64,000 bases of DNA. Source: Bacteroidota bacterium (GTDB taxonomy: Bacteria; Bacteroidota; Ignavibacteria; Ignavibacteriales; Ignavibacteriaceae). Under the pieces are notes generated by a model. The model ran no database searches, had not been told where the DNA came from, and saw only the letters and a list, made by a program, of their open reading frames with translations. Shown here in pieces: positions 35,099 to 45,101 of the stretch; the first letter of the stretch is position 1, and each line of letters begins with the position of its first letter. Both the position numbers and the translations under genes were made by a program. The stretch spans positions 18,746 through 82,745 of the forward strand of contig JAIUOE010000014.1 of the NCBI GenBank assembly GCA_020161395.1, in the 5' to 3' direction.

Positions 35099-36160
35099 TT
35101 ATTTGACTCCGAACATCCAGAAATTGATCAAACCTACTACTTCCCGGAACTTGTAATACCTCACCGATTCATCAGACATCACCAGATCAGACTTTACAAG
35201 GTCAACTGTCAGATTGTAAAACTCTGCCATTTCCTTCACTCTCGTAAGGTGAAATGCATCCGAAACAATGATAATCTTCTGAAATCCGTTTCGTTGGATT
35301 AATGTATTCTTGATGTAGCTTATCTGGTCGAGGGTGGATCTGCTCTCAGATTCGATCCTTATATCGGCAGGATTGATCCTTTTTTGAAGCAAATAGTAAA
35401 ATGCAACATCCGCCTCTGGCAGTTCGCCCGGTGCGTTGCTCCCCGTCAGTTGCAGTTTTTGTACGATTCCTCTCGAATAGAGTTGCAACCCTTTGTCAAT
35501 CCTCATTTTCAGAATGGTGCTTGGCTTGTTATATTTCCAGACCGCAGCACCAAGAACCACCGCCACTTCAGCAGGATTTTTCTCGTTATATGTCGATGCC
35601 GTCTTTACACCCTCGCTCACATAAATATAAGTGTATAAAAAGACAGAGAGATAGCAGAAAAGGAGCAGCAATCCCGTATAGATGACAGCCCAACGCTTCG
35701 GGGAAAATATTTTTATCACAACAAACGCTGAAAGAGTTGCCTTAAAAGCAAATCCGATATTAAAAAGTACACCTGTGTAAAGTTTATAGAAAGGTGTGTC
35801 GAGAAGGTTGATATCGATGCCGGAATTACTTTGGTTCATATAGCCACCCGCAATTGTGAAGGCAAATCCAAGAAACCAAAGTATGAGAAGCAGCATTCTT
35901 TTTCTGGTGAATTCCTGCCTGTCCTTTACCCAAAAAATTATCAGGAACAGGATGAAGGAACTGCTGAAGAGAAGTGTAAGGAAATTTCCCATATACCAAA
36001 GGTTGAAATCATCGAAATCAAGCCGGTGATTTATATATTTCCCGAGTATCAGAGTAAGAAAATCGATGGCACCCAGCAGAACAAAAACCAGAAGGTCAAA
36101 AATACCCGTCAGCAGATTGTTCGCTTTTTCAGAAATTTTTTTAATTATGCCGGGAGCCAT
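35099..36160 (-). CDS. DUF218 (YdcF/SanA/ElyC-like) domain membrane protein
   Basis: N-terminal multi-TM region, then DUF218 blocks VAVVLGAAVW...LQLTGS...IIIVSDAFHLTR. Confidence 0.65.
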   Translation of the reverse strand: MAPGIIKKISEKANNLLTGIFDLLVFVLLGAIDFLTLILGKYINHRLDFDDFNLWYMGNFLTLLFSSSFILFLIIFWVKDRQEFTRKRMLLLILWFLGFAFTIAGGYMNQSNSGIDINLLDTPFYKLYTGVLFNIGFAFKATLSAFVVIKIFSPKRWAVIYTGLLLLFCYLSVFLYTYIYVSEGVKTASTYNEKNPAEVAVVLGAAVWKYNKPSTILKMRIDKGLQLYSRGIVQKLQLTGSNAPGELPEADVAFYYLLQKRINPADIRIESESRSTLDQISYIKNTLIQRNGFQKIIIVSDAFHLTRVKEMAEFYNLTVDLVKSDLVMSDESVRYYKFREVVGLINFWMFGVK

Positions 36161-36215
36161 CTAAATTTGTTTTTCTTGTCTCCTGAAATATAAGGAAAAA
36201 CCCGCTGCGAAAAAA

Positions 36216-39200
36216 TTAATCCTCGAAAATGTGAGATTCCGTATTTTCATTTGCTTCCGGCTTTTTCTGAGCCGGTTCATTCCTGCTCTGTGAGAATGTC
36301 GATTTGAAAGCGTCACCCAATTCTTCCCAAAGCATAAAGAATACCGGAACGAGGATAAGGGTGAGAAATGTAGCAAATCCAAGCCCGAATATAACGGCAA
36401 TTCCCATCGATTTCCAGAATTCAGCACTTTCTCCGCCAAATACAAATTTACCAGTGTAGATATCGAAGCCGAATCCAAACGAAAGAGGAATCAACCCGAG
36501 AATTGTGGTTACCGCAGTCAGTGTCACCGGTCTGAATCTTCGGAGCCCGGCATATTTTGCAATTTCCTTCAGGGCAAAATCTCTCTTCTTAAGGAGATTC
36601 ATATAATCGATAAGCACGATATTGTTATTCACTACCACACCAGCAAGACTGATCACACCGATACCTGTCATCACTATTCCAAAAGGCATTTTGAATGCGA
36701 GAAGTCCTATAAAGACGCCCACCAGCGATATGAGCACTGCCGTCATAATAATAAACGGCTGAGAAATCGAGTTGAACTGGATGACGAGTATCAGGAAGAT
36801 AAGCAAAATAGCTATACCAAACGCTTTACCGAGGAATGCAGAAGCCTCTTCCTGCTCCTGACTCTGTCCCGTAAAAGAGACGGAGTATCCCTGAGGCAAC
36901 TGGTATTCTCCCATTTTTGCCTTAACCTGATCCAGAACAGCATTTGCATTAAACCCTTCCGCAGCATCACCCGTAATGGTGATAACCCGCTTAAGGTCTT
37001 TGCGCTTTATCGCACCGGGACCCCGGTCCAGGAACACATTTGCCACACTGCTAAGGGGAACTGAAAGCGTCTTGCCGTTCTGATTATTGAAAATTATCAG
37101 GAGGTTTTTCAGCGCATCAACAGAACTTCGCTGATCCTTCCGCAGCCTGACAGTGATGTCATATTCATCCTCATTCACACGATATTTGGAAGCTTCCGTA
37201 CCGTTTATTGCCGTTCTGACAGTATTGGCGATCAGTGAAGTATTCATACCATAGACGGCTGCTCTTTTCCGGTCAATCACTACCCTGAGTTCTGGTTTTC
37301 CGGCGTCATAATCGTCATCAATATCCACCAAACCGGGGACATCCTTCAAGTATTCACGAATTTTCGCTGTGAGTTTGCCAATCTCGTTATAATCCTCACC
37401 GGAGACCTCGATATTCACCGGAAGCCCGACAGGGGGACCCATTTCCTCCTTGGCTATAGTTATGGCAGCCCCGGGGGTACCTTCAACTAATTTGCGGATT
37501 TCTTCAGTGGTCTCTTTTGAGCTCTTGTTCCGGTTTTCGTAATCGATATATTCAACCGTGATAGTGCCCTTGTTTGGAGTGGCTGCACCGGCATCAAATG
37601 GATTGGTCGATGCGCCAGCCACAGCAAGAAGCTTCTCGATATCTTTGAAGTTTGCTGTGAGGATTTTCTTTTCGATCCTGTTTATTATCTCATTTGTTTC
37701 CTTTATTCCCGTTCCGGTCGGAGCCTCAAACTTGATATATACCCTTCGGGGCTCAACATCAGGAAAGAACTCCACACCAAAACCAAAAGCTCCATAAAGC
37801 TGGGTTATAAAGAAAAGCGAAATAAATGCTCCGAAGATAAACCGCAAGCGAACATTTTTAAATACCAAAACCACCAGTATTCCAATAATCGCAGTAAGGA
37901 TAATTTCTACTGTCAGCGGAAAAAATTGAGCCAGCATCCCTTCAACAACGAACATACCGAAGAATGCCAGAATACCCAGCCAGGTTCTCAGGCTTATTTT
38001 CTTCCCCTTTTCCCGCTGTTCACCGAGCGAAAAATCGAGAAGTTTTTCATAGTATTTCAAAACTACCGGGAGCATCTTATCTACAAAAATGTATGTACCC
38101 CAGTCAAAAGGATAGGATATTATTCCAAGTAGAGTCCTTTTGAGAACCGGTCTTCCGTGATGTTCATGCTTCACAAAAACCTCTGCAAACACGGGATTTA
38201 TCACGAGAGCCACAAAAAGCGACGATGAAAGAGTAACAATTACTGTCATCGGTATGTAGTACATAAAATCGCCTGTAACACCGGGCCAGAAAAGCAAAGG
38301 AAAGAATGCGGCTACGGTTGTCAAGGTAGATGATGCCACGGGCCAGGCAACCTCTGCAGTCGCTTTCTTTGCAGCGTCTATTTTGTTGTATCCCTCCTCA
38401 AGAAACTTTTGAATATTCTCGAGGATAACTATCGCATTGTCCACGAGCATACCGAGCGCAAGGATCAAAGCAAACAGAACAACAAAATTGAGGGTGATGT
38501 CCATCATCTGAAGAATGAAGAATGAAATCAGCATGCTAAGAGGAATGGATATCCCCACCAGGATTGCATTTCTAATCCCAAGGGCAAAGAACAGGATACC
38601 GACCACGAGCACAAGCCCCGAAAAAATATTATTTTCGAGTTCTTTCACCTGCTTGTCAATCTCTTCGGATTGATCTGTCACAATCGTCAGATTTATGTCA
38701 TCAGGAAGTTGAGCATCCTTCTCGTTGATAATCTGTTTAACTTCTTCTGCAATTCTGATGATATTCTCCCCGGATCTTTTTGAGATCTGGATTGAGATAG
38801 CCTCAACATTATTTGTCCTGGCGAAGGAAGTTCTCTCTTTGAAGCCGTATGTGAGCGTTGCAACATCCTTTAGGGCAATCCCCTCACCTTCCTTTGTTTT
38901 CACAATGATGTTTTCAAGAGGATAAGGGGTTTTGAACTCACCCGGTACTCGAACCAGAAAACTTGACTGGTTTACATCGATCGTTCCTCCAGGAATTGTT
39001 TTATTTTCATCCCTGACGGCAGCAATAATATCATCAAACCTGATATTATAATGTTGAAGTTTCCTGTAATCGACATCAACCTGTACTTCTCTCTCGAGTC
39101 CGCCATTCACCTTTACTTCGAGTACACCTTTGATGGTTTCTATTTTGTCCTTAAGGTCCTCTGCGATATCCTTCAGTTTCGAAAGACCGGTTGGTCCCGA

Positions 39201-39629
39201 AAGTTCGAAAGTAAGAATCGGGAACTCTGAAAAATTGATTTCCACAATTTCCGGTTTGGTTGCATCGGCTGGAATCTCTGTTTCAGCTTTGTTGACTTTT
39301 TCTCTTACTTTTTGAAGTGCGTCCTCAATATTATAGCCGCTTTGGAACTCAACCTGAATCAGGGAGTAACCTTCAAACGAAGAGGACTGAATTTTCTTCA
39401 CTTCCGCAATTTTCTTCACTTCCTTTTCAATCGGAGTAGTAACTAAAGATTCGATATCTTCGGGTGAAACTCCGGGATAGGGGGTGGAAATGATCACAAG
39501 AGGAATGGCAATGTCAGGCGACGCCTCCCTCGGCAGCGATACATAAGAAATGAACCCCATAATCGCTATTATGAAAACGAGAACAAAAACGCTCGTTTTA
39601 TTATCAATCGAAATATCTGTAATTTTCAT
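36216..39629 (-). CDS. RND efflux transporter permease (AcrB/HAE1-like)
   Basis: 1137 aa with 12-TM AcrB architecture: MKITDISIDNKTSVFVLVF..., VFALILALGMLVDNAIVILENI, and a duplicated half. Confidence 0.9.
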   Translation of the reverse strand: MKITDISIDNKTSVFVLVFIIAIMGFISYVSLPREASPDIAIPLVIISTPYPGVSPEDIESLVTTPIEKEVKKIAEVKKIQSSSFEGYSLIQVEFQSGYNIEDALQKVREKVNKAETEIPADATKPEIVEINFSEFPILTFELSGPTGLSKLKDIAEDLKDKIETIKGVLEVKVNGGLEREVQVDVDYRKLQHYNIRFDDIIAAVRDENKTIPGGTIDVNQSSFLVRVPGEFKTPYPLENIIVKTKEGEGIALKDVATLTYGFKERTSFARTNNVEAISIQISKRSGENIIRIAEEVKQIINEKDAQLPDDINLTIVTDQSEEIDKQVKELENNIFSGLVLVVGILFFALGIRNAILVGISIPLSMLISFFILQMMDITLNFVVLFALILALGMLVDNAIVILENIQKFLEEGYNKIDAAKKATAEVAWPVASSTLTTVAAFFPLLFWPGVTGDFMYYIPMTVIVTLSSSLFVALVINPVFAEVFVKHEHHGRPVLKRTLLGIISYPFDWGTYIFVDKMLPVVLKYYEKLLDFSLGEQREKGKKISLRTWLGILAFFGMFVVEGMLAQFFPLTVEIILTAIIGILVVLVFKNVRLRFIFGAFISLFFITQLYGAFGFGVEFFPDVEPRRVYIKFEAPTGTGIKETNEIINRIEKKILTANFKDIEKLLAVAGASTNPFDAGAATPNKGTITVEYIDYENRNKSSKETTEEIRKLVEGTPGAAITIAKEEMGPPVGLPVNIEVSGEDYNEIGKLTAKIREYLKDVPGLVDIDDDYDAGKPELRVVIDRKRAAVYGMNTSLIANTVRTAINGTEASKYRVNEDEYDITVRLRKDQRSSVDALKNLLIIFNNQNGKTLSVPLSSVANVFLDRGPGAIKRKDLKRVITITGDAAEGFNANAVLDQVKAKMGEYQLPQGYSVSFTGQSQEQEEASAFLGKAFGIAILLIFLILVIQFNSISQPFIIMTAVLISLVGVFIGLLAFKMPFGIVMTGIGVISLAGVVVNNNIVLIDYMNLLKKRDFALKEIAKYAGLRRFRPVTLTAVTTILGLIPLSFGFGFDIYTGKFVFGGESAEFWKSMGIAVIFGLGFATFLTLILVPVFFMLWEELGDAFKSTFSQSRNEPAQKKPEANENTESHIFED

Positions 39630-39644
39630 GTTTTGCTGTTCCCG

Positions 39645-40712
39645 CTATCGTACATCAACTTTTTCACCATTCACAAGCGTCTGGTAACCAACAATAACCA
39701 GTGAGTCACCTTCATTCAGATTCCCTGAAAGTGCGACCCGGTTATTGCTCCGTGCCAGTATTTCCACTTGTCTCATCTCCGCTACGGTAACACCATTCTT
39801 CTTCACAACAACAAACACAACAAATCCGAGGTCAGTTTTTACAACAACTTCTTCGGGCACCACCGGAACCGAGGTGTAAACTTTATCATCAATTTTTACT
39901 TCCGCATTCATTTCGGGTTTGAATTTTCCATTATTCGGCAGCCGCATTTCCACTTTAACAGTCCGGCTTGTTGCATCCACCGATTTTGCCACATAACTTA
40001 CGGATGAATTTACCACAAGGCTGTCGAGCTCGAGGAAGATCAGACTTCCCTTTTTCCCCGGTTTAATCGAACTGACATATGATTCAGGAATTCCTGCCTC
40101 AACCTTCAGGTTATCCGATATAATTGTTACAATAGGGGCACCCGGGGCTGCCACTTCACCAATTTCGTAATGTTTTGTATCCACCACACCGGCAAAAGGA
40201 GCCTTCACAAATGTGTTTTCATACTGTTCCCTCACAGCCTCATACATTGCCTTTTTGGCGTCCCTGGTATACTTTGCCTGAAGGTACTGAAATTCCGTTC
40301 CGGCATTCTGATTATATATCTGTTCCTGCTTTTGGAGATTGATTTCTGCAAGGTCGAGGTCTGCCTTTGCTGCATCCAGATTTGCTTTCAATACTGTGTT
40401 ATCGAGTACACAAATGAGCGTGCCGGAAGCCACTCTGGCTCCCTTTTCAACATTAAATCTGACAATTTTCCCGCCTGTTGCAGAACCAACTTTTGAGATC
40501 TTGTCAGCTTTCACCTGCCCGATTACATCAATGAATCCGGTGAAATTTTCGAGTTTCACGGGTGCCACCTGAACGATGGCTTTCTTTTCAACTTTTTTTG
40601 TTTTTTCTTTTTCTTTTGAATCGTCACCTTTGCAACCTGCGATCAAAAGGGTGGTTAAAAGAAATAAAGCAGGTAAAATCAAATAGTTTTTAAAATTTTT
40701 CATCCTCGACAT
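39645..40712 (-). CDS. RND efflux periplasmic adaptor (membrane fusion protein)
   Basis: Lipoprotein-like signal ...LLIAGCKG, a coiled-coil hairpin (LDAAKADLDLAEINLQKQEQ), and a beta-barrel domain. The start is at M23 or M26, just after the TolC stop at 40717. The track ORF start at 40778 would overlap it. Confidence 0.85.
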   Translation of the reverse strand: MSRMKNFKNYLILPALFLLTTLLIAGCKGDDSKEKEKTKKVEKKAIVQVAPVKLENFTGFIDVIGQVKADKISKVGSATGGKIVRFNVEKGARVASGTLICVLDNTVLKANLDAAKADLDLAEINLQKQEQIYNQNAGTEFQYLQAKYTRDAKKAMYEAVREQYENTFVKAPFAGVVDTKHYEIGEVAAPGAPIVTIISDNLKVEAGIPESYVSSIKPGKKGSLIFLELDSLVVNSSVSYVAKSVDATSRTVKVEMRLPNNGKFKPEMNAEVKIDDKVYTSVPVVPEEVVVKTDLGFVVFVVVKKNGVTVAEMRQVEILARSNNRVALSGNLNEGDSLVIVGYQTLVNGEKVDVR

Positions 40713-40716
40713 TCTG

Positions 40717-42045
40717 TTATTCACCACTTTCCTTTCCGGATAAATTTTCAAGTTTCGACAAAAGGAGGTAGTATTCATACACTCCGTTCAAATAGTTATA
40801 TTTGGCTCTCGCTACACCCGTTTGTGAATCGATAATTTCAAGCTGGGTGCCGACACCCGATTTGTAACGGGTTTCAGACAAAGAATAAGCCAGTTCAGCC
40901 TGTTTTACAGCTTCTGTGTAAGCTTTTAATTTTTCCTTCTGATTTTCTATCTTGAGAATTGTCTCTTTAATCTGAGTCGCATAACCTTCTTTGGCTTTTT
41001 TAAGATTTTCCTGAGCAATTTTCACTTCAAGTTCCGCCTGTCTTACCCTTGAATCGGTACTCCAACCGTTGAATATTGGAACAGAAAGCTCAAGCCCGAG
41101 ATTAATCGAGTTATTAAATCTCCAGCTTCCGATTCCTCTGGAGTCATTTTCCTGAGATTCGATATTCCAGGCACCATATGCTTTCAGAGAAGGAAGATAT
41201 TCCGATTTGTAAACACCTACAGCTTTTTTACGAAGTTCTATCCCCTGCTCGAGCTGTTTAATGTTCGGATTGTATTTAAACATTCTCTCGACCACCAGGT
41301 CAAAACCTGAGAGAGGCATATCGTTGTAAACGAGTGTGTCGGTTACATCTATTTCCATCGTGTAACTGAGTCCCATTATGTTCTTCAGCGCATCCTTTGT
41401 AAGTTTCAATGCATTGTTTGCCTGATCAAGTTCCGGTTTCGCTGTTTCAACCGCTACTTTCGCTCTTACCAGATCATATTCGGGAACGAGTCCTGCATCA
41501 TATTTTATTTTTGTGTTTTTCAGGTTGTCTTCTGCCTGTGCGAGATTCGCCTGAGCCACTTTCAACACTTCCTTTGTGACAAGAATACCGAACCAGGCTG
41601 ACTTAACCTGGTACTTTATCTCTTCCTCTGTTGCAGTCACCTGATGGTCTGCAATCCGGGCATATATTTCAGCCGCCTGAGCGCCAATGAACACGGCGCC
41701 GGCAAATATGTTTTGTGTAAAACTGAGTGAAGTGGTGAGAGTGTTATCTGTACCTATGGGGAAAGTACCGCTGAATCCGGGTGCATCAATTGTAAAGACA
41801 CCTTTTTTAAGAGCCCTGCGGTAATTCACTGAACCCCTGACATCAGGGTATACTGCCGTACCCCAGGTTTCATCCACTTTTTCGTAGGCAATTCTTTTGT
41901 TTAGATTGCTGGTTTTCAGATCATAGTTATTCTCGAGTGCAATGGTAATAGCCTTTTCGAGATTAACAACTATCTTCTCTCCCTGCTGTGCAAAGAGAAT
42001 CGGGGTGAGGATTAAAATAATTGATACTACAACTTTTATTTTCAT
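40717..42045 (-). CDS. TolC-family outer membrane efflux protein
   Basis: Signal peptide followed by the duplicated OEP repeat pattern (LEKAITIALENNYDLK...; YLPSLKAYGAWN...). Confidence 0.85.
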   Translation of the reverse strand: MKIKVVVSIILILTPILFAQQGEKIVVNLEKAITIALENNYDLKTSNLNKRIAYEKVDETWGTAVYPDVRGSVNYRRALKKGVFTIDAPGFSGTFPIGTDNTLTTSLSFTQNIFAGAVFIGAQAAEIYARIADHQVTATEEEIKYQVKSAWFGILVTKEVLKVAQANLAQAEDNLKNTKIKYDAGLVPEYDLVRAKVAVETAKPELDQANNALKLTKDALKNIMGLSYTMEIDVTDTLVYNDMPLSGFDLVVERMFKYNPNIKQLEQGIELRKKAVGVYKSEYLPSLKAYGAWNIESQENDSRGIGSWRFNNSINLGLELSVPIFNGWSTDSRVRQAELEVKIAQENLKKAKEGYATQIKETILKIENQKEKLKAYTEAVKQAELAYSLSETRYKSGVGTQLEIIDSQTGVARAKYNYLNGVYEYYLLLSKLENLSGKESGE

Positions 42046-42247
42046 TTATTCTCCGGATCCATTGTTGGAACCAAAATCAATTTTATAATTTATATAATTT
42101 ATGCGAAGGGATTACTATAGAACTAACAATTTTTGAAAGGAAAAATTCCATTTTCAATTATTAAAAATAACAGATAATTAGCTACAGATAAGATTTTTCA
42201 TCAACAATTAAGTCCGCTAATCAAAATTCAGGTATAAAACGATGACC

Positions 42248-42988
42248 TTATTTAAAATTGACCGGAATGAGCATCTGAACTTTTACCGGTTTACCATCTT
42301 TTTTCCCCGGAGAAAATTTGGTTCTCCGAATGGCAGAAAGCGCTGAGTTATCGCAGGCAGGATGTATTCCCTTTGTCAGCACGACAGAGGCTACATTTCC
42401 CAATTCGTCAATGAATGCAGTAACATAAACTGTTCCACTCACTCCCGCGTCTTTTGCTGCCTGAGGAAAGACCGCCTTGCTTTGTATTGCTTCATATCCG
42501 CCGATCGGGACGGGCATGTACGGGACGGCAGTATAATAGACATTATCCTTGGGAGCGTTGGTTTTCCCGTCCTTTTCCGTCGATTTTGTATTTGTTTCTT
42601 TGTTTTTGAATTTTCCCTGTTTATCCAGAGTCAGGAGATCACCTTTGTCTATATCCTGACTTTCAAGTTTTATTTTTTCTTTTGGAGGGGTTAGAGTAAC
42701 CTCAATTTCCTTGTTTATTGCAACTTCAGTTTCGGTTTTCGCTATTTTTGGTTTGAGAACTGTCGGTTCACTCTTCTTTTGTGGAAGCTCTTCCTCTTTC
42801 CTGTTGTCCGGAAGCTCAATTGCATCGTCAAGTTCAATTAAATCTTCCCCTTTTGCAAGAGGATTTGTTACATTTTTTGAGAAGGGGTATAACCGGAACA
42901 GTATGATCATCAAAAAAAGCACAAAAATCGCGCTTATTTCCAACGATTGTCGATATGTCCGTTTTAGATTATAGTATGAACCGGTCAT
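42248..42988 (-). CDS. TonB-family energy transducer
   Basis: N-terminal TM anchor, K/E/P-rich linker, and a C-terminal TonB domain PQAAKDAGVSGTVYVTAFIDELGNV...KFSPGKKDGKPVKV. Confidence 0.75.
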   Translation of the reverse strand: MTGSYYNLKRTYRQSLEISAIFVLFLMIILFRLYPFSKNVTNPLAKGEDLIELDDAIELPDNRKEEELPQKKSEPTVLKPKIAKTETEVAINKEIEVTLTPPKEKIKLESQDIDKGDLLTLDKQGKFKNKETNTKSTEKDGKTNAPKDNVYYTAVPYMPVPIGGYEAIQSKAVFPQAAKDAGVSGTVYVTAFIDELGNVASVVLTKGIHPACDNSALSAIRRTKFSPGKKDGKPVKVQMLIPVNFK

Positions 42989-43018
42989 CTCTAAAAGTTT
43001 TTATGAATCATACAGTTT

Positions 43019-43414
43019 TTACCTGTAAAACCTGGGAAAAGTTCTAAAAACAACGAATGCAACAGCCAAACCCAATGCGGCACCGTTAATATCAGCAAGA
43101 ATGTCGTACCACTCGAAAAACCTTCCGGGAATCAGTAATTGATGGACTTCATCCAAAACCCCATAAACCGAAGCAATAATGAACGATTTTTGCAACAATT
43201 TGATGTCCGCAGTTCCCGCCTCATCTTTAAGCCTGAACCAGTTAAAAAGTAAAAAACTAAGTACAGCATACCCGGCGAAATGATTTAATTTGTCACCCGA
43301 TGGAGTATCAGGCAGGCTGCTCGACGGAAGGGTGGTTCCAAGAAACAGAATCAGCCAATATACGACCAGAACGACTAAAGCGACGGTTTTTTTCTTCTGC
43401 CTGTCAAGAGTCAT
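43019..43414 (-). CDS. VanZ-family membrane protein
   Basis: DKLNHFAGYAVLSFLL...DEVHQLLIPGR...DILADINGAALG. It overlaps the nnr end by 4 nt. Confidence 0.75.
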   Translation of the reverse strand: MTLDRQKKKTVALVVLVVYWLILFLGTTLPSSSLPDTPSGDKLNHFAGYAVLSFLLFNWFRLKDEAGTADIKLLQKSFIIASVYGVLDEVHQLLIPGRFFEWYDILADINGAALGLAVAFVVFRTFPRFYR

Positions 43415-45009
43415 GCAAACTCGTCAATTTTTTTTATTGCGGCTGGTAAATTTTTGATCATTGATGATGCAGAAATAAAAACACCCGGTGATTCTTTTGC
43501 CAAAATAATTGCAGACAGATTGTAGGTGTGTATTGCATCAGCAATCCGACTTGCAAAAAATTCCATTGTGTCGAAATGTTGTTCTATAAGCAATCCAGTG
43601 ATTTCCTCAATCTCGAGTGCAGGTAATGCAAGCAACTGCGCAAAAGTCGATGCAATCACACCGGCGAGTCCGTCACCCGTCCCAAATTTGGCAAGTGCAT
43701 CAAATCCGGAGTCGATTATATAATTGACACCCACAGGAGTGGAGATAAAGACCGCTGCATGTTTAAGTACCAGAATGCAACCTGTTTCTTTAGTGAAGTC
43801 TTCGACTGCCTTGAAGATGTTTTTCTCGATCAGTTCCAAAGGTTTTCCGATGATCATTGCAAACTCTCCGGTATGAGGCAGCAATATCTTCCCTTTAAGA
43901 TCATAATTTTTATAGTTACCTCCATGAAGCGGTGCCAGGGCATCTGCATCGAGAATGACCAGACGATTATTCATGGCAAGAATCTTCTCAAGTGCGACTG
44001 TTGTTTCGGGGGATCTGCCGATACCTGGACCGGCAAGCAACACTTCCTTTTTCTCCAAAGCATCATAAACAGTTTTTATCGAATCGGAATTAAAATTCAC
44101 GGAAAATTCATTGATAACCGCCTCGGGAACATTCGCCATCAACACAGCGGATGCTTTTTCGGAAGTGAAAATTACCGGTGACCCCGAACCTGAGTAAAAA
44201 GCTGCCTGGTAAACGAGAGATGCCGAACCAGGATATCTGTTTGATCCTGCAATTATTACCGGACCTCCTGATGTATATTTGTTGATAGTGCGTTTTTTTG
44301 CAGGTACAACACTCCTGACATCACTCATCTCATAGAGAGACCAGTCACTCTCAAGCTCAAGCTGCTCCTCTTTAATTCCGATATACCCGTTGTCGATCAC
44401 ACCCCGGCTATCCATTCCCTTGCCGTAAAAATATCCCTTTTTTAATGTACAAAGTGCAACGGTGTAATGGGCTTCGAAAACAATCCCTCCATTACCTGTG
44501 TCAGGATCAAGTCCTGAAGGTATATCGATGGCAACTTTTACAGCTCTTAGTTCATTCAGTGCAACAATTATCTCATCATAGGGATACCTTGGCTCGCCCT
44601 TGGAACCGGTTCCGAGAAGTGCATCAACAATCACATAGCATGAGGCAATAAGTTCTTTTAACTGTGTGACACTTTGATATTGGAAAATTGATATGTCGCC
44701 TGCAACTTCTGTCAAAAGTTCGAAAGCATTTCCTGCATCTTCAGAGAACTCGTCAGGGTCATCCACAAAAACCACCGTCACTCTCCAGTCCATGTCACGA
44801 AGATGACGCGCCGCCACAAAACCATCGCCGGCATTGTTTCCCTTACCGCAAATAATGGCAACTGTCTTCGTTTCAGCCTGAACAGTTTCGAGAAAAGAAG
44901 CCACACTTCTTCCGGCATTCTCCATCAGAATCATGCTTTCAAAACCGAAATCCTCGATTGCTATTCTGTCAGCTTCACGGGCTTCTGCGGCATTTAGTAC
45001 AAGTCTCAT
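43411..45009 (-). CDS. nnr: bifunctional NAD(P)H-hydrate repair enzyme (epimerase/ADP-dependent dehydratase)
   Basis: YjeF_N domain (AAEAREADRIAIEDFGF..LMENAG..CGKGNNAGDG) plus a C-terminal carbohydrate-kinase domain (GTGDGLAGVIAS). Confidence 0.85.
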   Translation of the reverse strand: MRLVLNAAEAREADRIAIEDFGFESMILMENAGRSVASFLETVQAETKTVAIICGKGNNAGDGFVAARHLRDMDWRVTVVFVDDPDEFSEDAGNAFELLTEVAGDISIFQYQSVTQLKELIASCYVIVDALLGTGSKGEPRYPYDEIIVALNELRAVKVAIDIPSGLDPDTGNGGIVFEAHYTVALCTLKKGYFYGKGMDSRGVIDNGYIGIKEEQLELESDWSLYEMSDVRSVVPAKKRTINKYTSGGPVIIAGSNRYPGSASLVYQAAFYSGSGSPVIFTSEKASAVLMANVPEAVINEFSVNFNSDSIKTVYDALEKKEVLLAGPGIGRSPETTVALEKILAMNNRLVILDADALAPLHGGNYKNYDLKGKILLPHTGEFAMIIGKPLELIEKNIFKAVEDFTKETGCILVLKHAAVFISTPVGVNYIIDSGFDALAKFGTGDGLAGVIASTFAQLLALPALEIEEITGLLIEQHFDTMEFFASRIADAIHTYNLSAIILAKESPGVFISASSMIKNLPAAIKKIDEFA

Positions 45010-45024
45010 CCAACTCTCACATTC

Positions 45025-45082
45025 AAAAAAAAAGCTGTATCGCGAGGCTCCGGATCAACCGGCAGCACACTCTCGATACAGC
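45025..45082 (-). terminator. rho-independent terminator after nuoN
   Basis: The minus strand has a long imperfect hairpin GCTGTATCGAG...CTCGCGATACAGC, which encloses an inner CCGG-TTGAT-CCGG stem. It is followed by TTTTTTTTT. Confidence 0.7.
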
Positions 45083-45101
45083 CTGAAAAATAAAAAATTA
45101 A

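Noticed and set aside
36161-36478. A 105-aa minus-strand ORF bridging the RND permease 3' end and the DUF218 gene.
   Set aside because: It overlaps the last ~260 nt of the RND gene in another frame, has no motif, and is basic and low-complexity. It is most likely spurious.
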